From positions 74,712,001-74,776,000 of the forward strand of contig NC_045697.1 of NCBI RefSeq assembly GCF_009834535.1: a DNA stretch of 64,000 nucleotides. Direction: 5' to 3'. The DNA is from Camelus ferus (taxonomy: Eukaryota). Shown in pieces: positions 52,128 to 64,000 of the stretch (position 1 is its first letter; each line of letters opens with the position of its first letter). The notes below the pieces were generated by a model that was given only the letters and a program-made list of their open reading frames with translations, did not search any database and was not told where the DNA came from. A program made the translations under genes and the position numbers.

Positions 52128-55100
52128 AAAAATACATTTGTCACTTGTATCTAAAATATAACTGGCCTATTTTTATTTTATTTCTCTTCTAGACTTGACT
52201 AATGTTTTACTTGATATATATTGTTTTCAATTGATTGGAGAAATGCTTCATTTTTGCCTATGCTTTTTGACCCTTTAGAATATAGGGAGGAAATTGCCTG
52301 TGTTTCATGAAGATTTGTTTTTCAGGGGGGATGTTGGCTAGCACATTGCTTTTTCTTTATACCTTTAGATAACTTGAACTATATTAATATGTAGTTTCTT
52401 ATTTGTAGGGGCATGTTGCATGCAATTGGAAGCCCTTGGGTTTCTATTATATTGTGTATCCGTATTATAAATGTACTCTCCTTTTTAAGAATGGCAAGTT
52501 AGAATTTTTGTCAGGCTTATTAACTAGTCATATTTTAATAATATTGAAAATGACCAACTGTTGATTCTAGAGAGCTGAACATCGTAAAAGCTAGAAGACA
52601 GGACATTTGAATATTATTGCTATTGCTTGCCAGAGTAACCCAGACTGGTAGTATACTTAAGGTGACTTTTTTAAAAGACTGAAATTTCCAACTCTGTACC
52701 GAACTTTTTCTTTCCATTTAGCAAAACAATTAGTAATAGATTTTGACTAGCTCTGAAGAATAAACACGTTGCAAAGTGTTGCCAATGTAGTTTCCAATAA
52801 ATTGACCATAAAAGCAGCAGTCTATTTTTTTATTCTAGGTGGCTTCTTACAAAGATTCTTTAGATACTTAGTAAAAGATTATTTATAGCTTTTATGTTTA
52901 GGAGAGCATTTAAGATTAATGTATTTTATTTTTTATGTACCATCATACAGTCAATATATTAAAAGAAATTATAGCCAAAAACTTAACATACATAAGTATT
53001 AAGGTGTCAAATGCCTATTTTTACTCATCTTACAGATTTTGTAGGAACAATGAAAATTAACTTAGGCATTATGAGCTTCAAGTTTACCAGCCTTGAGATG
53101 ATGACTGAGATACCAAAAAAGAAATGCATCTGTGGAGGTAGGACTATTTTAAAAGGAAAATCATACACACAGTATTTTAGTATTGTCACTATTTATAGCC
53201 TGCAATAAGAAGGAAAGGTAAAACAACACTGCATGCTGAGTTATAAAAAGTCTAGTTAAAGTTCATTTATTTAATTATGTCCATGGTGTTCTGGTAGGCC
53301 AGGATGTGGTACCATCATAGAAATTTTATTTTCTTCATGAAAAACTGAATATTAACAGAGCATCATTAACATCTGTTGATAACTAAACACAAATAAATCT
53401 CAAAAGTTATTTTGTACTCAAGATATGTTATACTTTTGGGAATAAAAACTGTGGCAGAGTCTTTTGTGAGGCTATACTTTCTGATTTTTTCCCAATTATA
53501 TTAAGTTTCTACAAATAATCATAATATAATCTATAGACTGTTTCAACTATTTAAATAGTTGAAATATTTATTCCCAGTTTTTCAAGTTACATAAAAGCAT
53601 TAATCAAATTATCCACTTAGCCTCATTCAGTCGTTATTTCTACAGAAAACTTAATTCTATTTTATTTCTATTTCTGGGATGAGAGACCTCTTACAGTATC
53701 AACAAAAAATAATGGCATTGTTAGTGAATTGGACATAACTGTTCTGGCTTCTAACTGGTATCCAGCCCTTTAAGGATTTCGGCAGTAGGAGATGGTGTTA
53801 GGTCACAGACTAAACATCTGGTGTCTCTCAACATCTATTTATGTGTTCATCTATTTATGTGTTGCAAACTAAACCAGCAGAAAAAGCTGACCTTCCCCCA
53901 AGATAACTTTCTTATGCAATGTTGGCTCACTATCTTACAGGGAATGTTGACATTACTAACTTTTCTTATATATAGAAATTCCATGTGTATTATTCTTATG
54001 AGATGAGTAATTTTCAGTACATGTTAATTTTTATATAGAATTGGAAATTTTTTTCCTGCCTTGTTTCTGTGAAGAACATTAAGTACAGTACAAGAACATT
54101 AAGTGCCCACCAAACAAAGAATTTATTGTTACTTTAAAAAAATATGTAAATTCTCATTTATACCATTTACCGAACATTCAAATTTAATAAGCATGTCAGC
54201 AAGATAAAGGGTATGTATAGGGCCTAGAATGTTAGTGAGTTTAACGAGGTCCCAAACTCTGGGTCTTAGCTTGTGGGTCCAAAAACCTTCATGTGTAGAT
54301 GACTCTCAGAGATGCTAAGAAATATATAGAGCTTAGTAGGATTGGTTTTGAAGCCAGATTACCCAGTTTTGACTCTAGCTCTCCAACTTAAAGGCATGTA
54401 TGCTCTTGGTCAACTGTTTAGCCTCTGTATACCTACTTCCCTCATCTGTAAGATGGTAATAGTAATGGAACTTACCTCGTTTAGTTCTGAAGATGTATAT
54501 TATGTTAATAATTTATGAATGGGGTGTTTCAGTAATGAATGGGATGTTTCTTTCCAGAAACTAGCATTCTTATTCTCTTCTGTCTCCTTTCCTGGTATCA
54601 CATTTCCTAAGAAGGTGAATTCTTATTCAGAAGATTACTTGGTGTATATAAAATGAAGAGTTTCTTAAAGAATATTTTATAGAAGCCCTGTCTTTAAATA
54701 GACCTGATTGTTCCTTTATACCAGATGTAGTATCTTTTCTCTCACTAGAGATGGTTTGTACTGAAGCTTTTCTTCCCTCCCTGCACCCTCACTGAAATCC
54801 ATGTTTTAGATATGTATATGCTGGTTTATTGATGCCCTTTCACTGGTTTAATACTATTGATAAAGTTTCAAATAGTTTTACAATTGTGTTAGGCTAGGAA
54901 AACAGTACTTCTAATTATTGTATGTTAGTTTAACCTAAGTAAAAGCAATCCTATTTTCAAATTATTGATGGGTAGAGGAGCACCTTACTATTGATTGTAA
55001 CAGGGACATTTAAAGGGCATGAGTATACTTCCTCAATTTTCTAGGGAAATTACATGTTGTACCTTTAAAAATATAAAAATATCAGCATGTACAAAAAAAT

Positions 55101-58100
55101 GATCAAAGTGTGCAATATTAGCTGTGTTTTAGCTACATAAATTGTGACACAAGTGCTGGTTCTAAGTGCTGTGCAGTGGTGTGAAAACTAAAACTTCATC
55201 ACCAAGATACAAAATTAAAACTAGGGAAGCAAATTACTGTAACTCAACTAACAATAATACTGCAAATTGCTGTTTTGTGGAGGAAGCTTTTTAGTTAAGG
55301 AAGAACTGTTTCCTTCTCTAACAAATTTAGGGGTATATATGAATAATGTCTGTCTACTCATGGATTTTATTATAAAATTATTAGTAAGATGTTTAGTGCT
55401 TTATAGCTAATGAAGTATTTTCACATGTCTCATCAATTTAACTCCCTAGAGGTAAACCAGGCATTTTACCCCAAAGAATCAACAGAAAACTTACATAAAT
55501 GCCTGTGCTAAGATTGAAACCTAGATCTTACTAATTCTCAGCTTTTCTCCATTACAGTATACTTTCTTTCTCAGTTAGTCATGTGGTTTCTTTTATTTGA
55601 ATAAGAAATTTAACTTCTCTTTTGTTTAAACTGTAGGGAAAGATGATGATAAATTTTTTTAAAAACCCTAAATTCTAGTAGTTCATGCAAGGAGATTAGG
55701 GCAGCTTCTTAATTGGAGTATTTAAGAGATTTTAAAGGGAGAGAGATCACTAAACACTTCTTTGGAGTGATTACAAAGAGAATCTATCAATTTTTTTTTC
55801 TTTTTCTGGGAAAGTTCTTAGGAAGAATCACTTGGCAAAACTAGTCTGCTGCTGCTGCTGGGAGCAGTTGCCTTTCTAAAGAACCATGTACGTACCTTGA
55901 TTCTTTGAGTCATGCACTGTTGTTGAGGTCACTGATCCTGTAATGACAGTCTCCTATGAAGGAAGTCAGTTCCAGATAGGTAGATAGGTAGGTAAGTAGG
56001 TAGGTTTTTAAACCAGGAGCAACTTTATACTTACACCCATTTGCAGTACTTCTCGGATGATAACCCCAAGTTTTACAATAACAATGAAAAGAAACATAGT
56101 TGCTGATGGCTGATCTGCCTCTATACAAAACTGGATCTTTTTCAGATACCAACTGTTTGGAATGAAAAAGAATAATTTATATGCACAGTTTTGCTTATTG
56201 TACTTTTTATACTTACGGTTTTAACTTTGGATAAGTTTTGGCAGAGATAATTCATAGGAGTCTAACTCTAAAAAAAAAAGAGGTGGGGGGAGAAAGGACC
56301 TAGGACAATGAAATAATTGTTAGTTTGAAAGTGAGCCAGCTGGAATTTCACAATGTGAATTAATTATTATATAGTATATTTTTTCACCCTTATGTATTCC
56401 CTTGTTTGTTTTCTTTTCCTTCCCCTTCCTTACTCCCACCCCCCTCCTAACACCCACTATTCCCAATTCTCTGGATTTTTGAGTAAAATATGTGTGTAAG
56501 TGTTATTTTATGTCTTCATCAACATCATTTCCTATCTGGCAGGCTATTGTCCTTAGCAACAGCAGCAGAAACAAGCCCGGGGCTCAATGATTGCAAGAAA
56601 AAAGAATAATCCTTTTTAATGAAGAGGCTAACTACTCTTCTTGCCTGTCCCATTGCTATATAATGCCTACAGAATTGTTCAAATAGCAGTTATTAATGTC
56701 TGCTCATTTCTATAATGGCATTCACATGGTAAGCCTTCATATCAAGGCTACTCTGACAGAGTTTTACATTTGCTCTTTAAAATGCCTCATTAGAATATTA
56801 TCCATCCCAGTAGAGAAATGCTCTCAATATATGCATCCACTTAACTTTTCAGCCCTAAGATATTTGGCTGATATTTGTTAATTTAAAACCTGTTCAGCTT
56901 TTCGCACCTGGGGAATTTGGAAAGAACAGTGCAGGAGTCATCCAAAATCAACACCACAATTTGATTTCTCTTTGAAAAAGATTAATGAAAAATGCAAACT
57001 AAAAGTCACTTTTAATAAGTTTAGCAAAAGAGAATGATTTTCTATAACTTTCAGTTTTCATATGAAAAGATTACATTTTCTCTTAAAGCATATGAACTAA
57101 CAATAAAAATCTTCAGATGCTTATGAAAAGAAACTTGTTTTTTAAATAAAATTTGAATGAGAATATGGGAAATAGCAATGCCACTTAAAAACACTAGCCT
57201 TTTGTAAAAGAATTGTGATTGCCTGAAAATCAGTAGAAGAGGAAAATCTAAGCAAATCCATATTTAAAAATGCAGCATATAGATAAACATAACTAAAAAA
57301 AGAAAGCCTGAAGTTGCTAATTGAGATAATTTTATCTAGAAGAGTAAACCTAGTTATGATCAGAGCTGGTAAGTATTAGAGGTGAATCACTAATGCCCTG
57401 AGATGGTATGTACTAATGAGGCTCTAATGCCAGCTGCACAAAAATATCAAGTTTAAATTATCTTGAATGTTCAAAGCACTTTCAAATATAAAGTTTAGTA
57501 GAGATTTTTGTCTTCTAAGTGAGAATAGCGTACAGATAGGGCACCTGGAGGGACGTAAGGAGAGATTGTAAATTACAGCATCTAGTAGGAAAGGTGGCAG
57601 GATACCAAAGATGAACTTTCTGGACATCATTTATTTTACTTAGAGCTAATTCTGATCACAAAGTTCTTTTGTTGCAAGTTTTGATTATCTCCAGTAATTG
57701 TCTATTCAACAGATACACATGTACTGTCATCCAGAAAAGTCAAACAACCAGCTTCAGGTGTAATACGGCAGCTTCAGTGCCTTGCTATTCTTATGATTTC
57801 TAACAAATTATTTCCCTATATTCACTGCGCTGATTATTTTGAGGAGCTAGAATTTGCTATTGCAGGTGGCTCATGGAAGACCATGTCTGGAATTTAATAC
57901 TTCTGGGATACTAGGCTAGAAATCAGAGTATATTAGGAAAAGGCACTAACTAGGAAGATGGAGGAAGATTAGAGAAGAGAAAACAATGGTGAGGAATGAA
58001 CCTTCTATTTGTGTATTAGGTAAAAGAGATAATGATAAACTACCAGGATTACACAATGTAAATGGTAAGAAGGGCTTTTGAAATAGAAAGGGCAATCTGT

Positions 58101-58499
58101 AAGGGGAAAGTTTTGAGTTAAATAATTAACTATCTTAGCAAAATCTGGTAATATGGGAAAGGAAAAGCATTCCAAAGACTTCTTACCTAGGGAAGATGGG
58201 GTAAGAAGAAAAGAATAGGGAGGAAATGAAAGTATTCTAAAGGTCTTATTTTAATAGCTGAGGGTATAATGCAGTGGGGAGAGAGTTCTCAGGGAAATAG
58301 TTCTTACTTTGTTATCAAACAATGGTAGAGAAGAAGGTACTTGATTCTGAATTCAGGGACAAGGAAATAATTCTTAATGGGTATGAATTAGAGTAGAACT
58401 TCCAAATTATTAAGGAGAAAAACTGAATTAATAGCAATTTTATAAATTGGTAAAACTAAGGAAAAGAAAAATGCAAGGAATACAGTAATATAAACAATA

Positions 58500-60150
58500 A
58501 ACATGACATATGATGGAGAATCATCCTGTATGCTTGCATGGGAGGATTTAATATTGTAAAATGTCATTTGTTATAAACATACACACTGCAAATGAATTTT
58601 TTTTTGAAATTAGATAAAACAGATCTGAAAAATTATATATATGAATGACTGGGAGGAGCCAGAAAATATTTTGAAAAAGGAAAAACAAGGGAAACTTGTC
58701 CTCCTAGATATCAAGGAAAGATATAAAACCATTTAAATTAAATCATTCTGGTATTGATAATAATATAAATAAAATAGATAATGGAAAAGAATTATGAATC
58801 CAGAATAGATCCAGAAATAGATAAAGGAGATACATATTTATATATCTATCTACCTACATTTTTTTCAGTAGGAAGAGATGAATTATTTAATAAATATAGC
58901 ATATACAGTTGGTTACCCATCGAAAAGGAAATGAAACTAAAACCCCATCTTGTATCATGTACATAGAAATATATGACTAAGAAAATTCACAAATTTTGTT
59001 TGGCGAAAGTTACCATAAATAAAACTGAAGGACAAATAATAGAATTGAAAAAAAATTTTGCAAAGTGAAAAACAGAGGGCTAATATCTGTAATATACATG
59101 GAGCTCTTCCAATTTACCAAGCAGGAAGTATTAAAGAAAAAGTATTCAGTAACACTTGTTAAAAGTGGTAAGGCAGACTTTATTTAGGACCATCAAAATA
59201 GGTCTAGGGAGCACTGCAATAGGAATTTACAACGGAGGGGAGAGAGATTGGGCTAACTCTGAATAACAGCATGGGCAAGTAGGAATTTGTAGCGAAGGAG
59301 CAGGGTGGAGATCAGAGGTAGAAGACAACTAAGAGGGAAATAAAAGGAAGAGTCAGAGGGAGTCTGGGTAACCCAACCTAACAGGATCTTTGCTGAAGAC
59401 AGGCCGGAGTGATTAGACAAGGAACCTGACCAGATATCGAGGGTGGAGGGTTCTGGTTAAACTGACTTAGCAGGGTTCTTGCTAAAACTGAATTTTACAA
59501 GGAAGTGCACAAATGGGCCTAGGAGAAGGTTCAGAAACCTGACTAAAGTTTTTGTCAAGCAAAGAAGTGTGAGAGATAATCCAACAGAAAAATGACAAAA
59601 AGGACAAAGAACGTGAAGAGGCAGCTCAAAGAAGAGTGAATCTAAATGACCAACATGCTTATAAAAAGATGCTCCAATTCAGTATTAGTCTGGGAAATGC
59701 ACATTAAGATGAACAGTAAGATACGATTTACATTTACCAAATGTGTTAGCAGTAGGTGTATAAGATAACACTGATTGATGACAAGAATATAGGAAAAGGG
59801 TACTCAAATGTTGCTGAAAATTAAGTTTGTTGCAACATTTATGAAAATAAATTGAGTAAGAGACCAGAAATCTCACTCTTGGAGATATAACTTTTAGAAA
59901 AAAGCCAATGTTACATTAAAAAACATGTACAAGAATAGTTGTTGGAACATGGCTTTTGGTGGCAGAAAACTGGAATACACAGCAATAGACGAGTAGCCAC
60001 AAAAATTGTTCTGTATACACTGAAATGTTGACATCCTGTTAGGCAGCCTTTAAAAAGGGTGAATTTAAGCTACATTGTAGACTTGGAGGAATTAAATGAG
60101 GTGGTGTTGGTAGTGTTAAAAAAAAAGATGTAGAGAGTATGAAATGTTTT
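58500..60150 (+). mobile_element. Old L1 (ORF2 remnant) interrupted by an LTR
   Basis: GGATTTAATATTGTAAAATGTC, GCTAATATCTGTAATATAC and AAAAGATGCTC...GGGAAATGCACATTAA. Boundaries approximate. Confidence 0.7.
59129..59570 (-). mobile_element. MER31-like ERV1 solo LTR
   Basis: Minus strand reads TTTGCTTGACAAAAACTTTAGTCAGG...GTGCACTTCCTTGTAAAATTCAGTTTTAGCAAGAACCCTGCTAAGTCAG, with AATAAA near the far end. Confidence 0.75.
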
Positions 60151-61574
60151 TTAAAAAGACAAAAGCCCTATGTATGTTTATGTCTATGTATGTGTTCTGT
60201 GTGTGTGCAAATATTTGGACATGCAGAAGACACGAATGGTGCATACCATGTTTTATGTTGATGTGAGCTATCTCTAATGGGCTGGTTTGCATGAAGAGGA
60301 GGAGAGATGGAAGGAGGGGAGAGGTAAAGGCGAACTGAAAAAAGCAAAATATAAAAATGCTAAAGAAAAGTCAAGTATGTAATATGATCACATTCAGGGA
60401 TTTATGTAAAATATATATACATATACCTGTATATACACACAAATCTAAAATAATTCAGGGAAGAACATCACAGAAGTCTTCCTCTGAAACTAAAAGTACC
60501 TTTCCTCTATTAATCATTGACACCAGGCCAGCCTCAGAGATCTTGAATCCTTAATGATTCTGCACAACATATCTTTCCTGAAGCTAACTAGTATTTGTGT
60601 TCTAGAAGAGTTAGCTGACATCACATGAATGAAGGATATGAAGGGCTCAAAACCTGACTTTTTCACTCTTCTCTTCAATTGCAATTTCACCTTCTCAGCT
60701 TCAAATTTCTTTCTTTAATCCTAAGTCACCAACCCCTGCAGAAATGCCAATTTTACGTAACTTTCAAACTCAGTCCAGTTGTTAAGGCTCCTGCTTGACA
60801 ATTGCAAGTTGACCCACAATGATGGAAGGGGGCTATGCAGAAAAATAGAGATGTTTCAATTTGGAATTTATATGCTTTTCTTTAAGAACACTTTATAAAT
60901 TTTGGACGTAGGCTAATACCATTTGTGCTAGAGTTCAGGTAATATTAATTATTAAGTACACTTTCAAGAACTAGTCTAGGCGAATAAACCAGCAGCTGTA
61001 AATCTCTTTTCAATGGAAAATATAGTATATTGCACACACAAAAGAAGCAATTTATAAATTAACTTTATGAAAACAGCCTGTTTGTAAATTGGGGACTATC
61101 TTGGTAAAATAATTTATAAACAATAAAGCTCATGTGCAAATGTTAAACATGTGGGTGATCCAATTTTGACTTGGTGATGATGGGCTTGGCTGTTAGGATT
61201 GACTAGAATTATCCTTCTTTGATCCTCACTGCTGCCTTTGAGATTATTCTGGAGCTCTCTACTAAGCCAAACTGACCAACCTTCCAAGGCAGACTGGACA
61301 CCTCTTCTTCAGTCAAAGCTTTATTCATATTTGGTTATTACAGTTGTTACACTTATTTCTGCTGCAGAGCTTGGTTTGGAGATACTACCTTTATTTCCAG
61401 ACCTAAATAGAAACCACAGCTTATAAAAGAGTGGAAGAGAAAGATAACATTTTTTGAGCATAAGATGTTTTAATCATTTCAGTAACTATGAAGTAGGTAT
61501 TCAACATAAGGAAACAGTCCTTCACAGGTTAAGTAATTTTCCTTGCTTAGCATCAAGTTAAGTAGTGTAGTGTT

Positions 61575-62360
61575 TTTAAAATATATAGTAATTTCCTGAG
61601 TTTTAACTTTAAGTGTACTGTATATACCAAACAGTTCATAAAGCAGAAGTGTTTGCTGTTGAATGTCCACAAAATGAATGCACTATATGAAACCAGCTTC
61701 CAGATCAAGATATATAACATTACTGACACATTGTAAAATGACTATAACTCAATAAAAAAAAGTTTATATATATTAAAAAAAAAGAAATATAACATTACCG
61801 GAATCTCAGAAGCTGCCTTGGTTTGTGCTTTTACTATCTCCTCCCCAAGGGTAACTACTCTTCCGACTTCCAACACTTCTCACATCAGAATAGTTTAAAT
61901 TACATAAGTTTCGACTATAGTGTGAAATTTATACAAATGGAATCATAGAGTATGTACTCTTTTATGTCTGGCTTCTTTCAACATTATGTTTGGGTAATTC
62001 CTTTATTACCTGCAGTAGTAGTTTGCTCATTTTCATTATGGTATAATATTCCATTGTGTAAATATACTACAATTTCCTTATCCAATGTACTATTAATGGA
62101 CATTTGGGTAATTTCCAGTTTTTAGCTTTTATGAATAGTACTGCTGTGAACATTCTTGTACATTCAAGTCTTTTAATGTACAAATATATATATTTCTGTT
62201 GGATACACTTAGGAGTGTGATTACTGTGTCATAAGATTTGCCTTAGAATCTTGAATCCTATATGTTATTTTTAGCTGCTGAACAGTTTTCCCAAGTGGAA
62301 ATACCAAGTACAGTCTCACTGACAGCATATGGGAATTCTGATGGTCCATAGCCATGCTAA
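61575..62360 (-). mobile_element. Old L1 3' fragment with a nested 58-bp younger L1 tip (61724-61781, plus strand)
   Basis: ATACAAATGGAATCATAGAGTATGTACTC and TGGACATTTGGGTAATTTCCAG. The nested piece is flanked by a 17-bp near-perfect TSD. Confidence 0.8.
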
Positions 62361-62424
62361 CAGGCATTTTTGAAACTGGGTTGCTGACTGTAAAACCCAA
62401 TGCCCTTTTCCTTTTACCTAAATT

Positions 62425-62724
<300 letters not shown>

Positions 62725-64000
62725 CTATATTTCTCAAAAAATGAGCAAAGAAGTTACTATGTTTTAACATAGTCAACAGATATATACCTCATTATGGTTC
62801 TAAAAGCTGATATATATAATGGAAAGTGAAGATGGGGTCAAATAATGTAAGCAAATGGAGAGAGGTGGGTGGACTTTCTTTAAAAAAGGGTTTAGGTTGC
62901 CATTTTATTTTTGCTGTTATAACTCATGTATATACAACTACAAAACTGCATTATATCAATGGTGCATATGATATAATTACATTTATAACATTCAGCAATC
63001 ATTTATACTTGCCTGTCAACCTGAATCTGTTAGACCACTGAATTCCTTTAAGTCAGAAGACCTTGCCCAAGGGAAACGTCATGTCTTTTTTTGTAGGGAT
63101 GGTGTCATCATCACTAAAAGCATTTTCTAACAATTTGTAATTACATAATCTGGTTAGTCTATTGATTAGTCAGATGACATGGAAATGCCAGGATCAAAAT
63201 ACATTTGGTAATTTGGAACAACTACAGAATATTACTGTGATTTGTGTCCTGATCACATGCCTAGAATCAAACCCAATTTATCCAATGACTTCCTCTAATG
63301 TAGGTGAAAAACACTAAAGACTGGTATTCCTTTGTTTAGTAATATGTAGAAGTTGGTTATGTAATAAATTCTTGTTTGATTAGTGAAAATAAGCTGACAT
63401 AAAGCAGAAGTAATAGCATGTGACAGATTGTTCACACAATGTGGAAGGCACCTAGAAATAACCAGTTAACTTTTTTGAATATTTCCAAAGTTATATGAAA
63501 TCATGACAATGGGACAATAAAATTCCCTCCATTCCAAACACTTCCATGATAAAAATATTTCTAAAACTGCTACCAGTTCATAATAGCAAGAAAAGTACAA
63601 AACACTTAGTAGTAAACATAACAAGAAATATTCAGAACCTCTAATAACTAGAAGAAAAAAGAGAGAACAACTCACATTTAGTGCTGGCTATTATGCTACT
63701 CACTTTACGTGCTTCATCTCTTTTGAAGATCAACATGATGATTTGTGGGAGATACTAATATTATCTCCACTATGATATGGAAAAACTGATGCATAAGTTG
63801 ACCACAAACCCACAGAGTATTAGCACAAACTCTAGTTTATAAAAATCTTGAAAAAATTGAAAAACAGTTTGGGAACTGGTTTGAATGTATATAACAAATG
63901 TAGGATTCATATTTATAATACTGAACAACTGAAAAAAAGATGGAAGAAGAGAAAAGGGAAAAGAAAGAAAAATGAAGGAAGGAAGCAGGAGGGAGGGAGG

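Overview
Mammalian genomic DNA, AT-rich and mostly intronic. It is probably camelid, judged from a vic-1-like tRNA-derived SINE and the L1 3' ends. It covers the TBCK-AIMP1-GIMD1 locus. TBCK (minus strand) contributes a putative non-coding first exon and its first two coding exons. AIMP1/p43 (plus strand) is complete: six coding exons, 939 nt, 312 aa, all GT-AG and in phase, sharing a CpG-rich bidirectional promoter with TBCK. The last coding exon of GIMD1 (minus strand) lies convergent with AIMP1 near the window end. The ORF track misses four real exons in their coding frame: TBCK exon 3, AIMP1 exons 2 and 7, and the GIMD1 last exon. The rest is L1, L2, MIR, MaLR/ERV LTRs and DNA transposons, including a near full-length Tigger1. 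I found no convincing wholly new biological system. The best leads are an upstream in-frame AUG created only by splicing in AIMP1, probably overlapping antisense first exons, a GC-box minisatellite beside the promoter, and stop codons embedded in AATAAA. Gene and repeat names and all human comparisons come from recognition and memory, not database searches.
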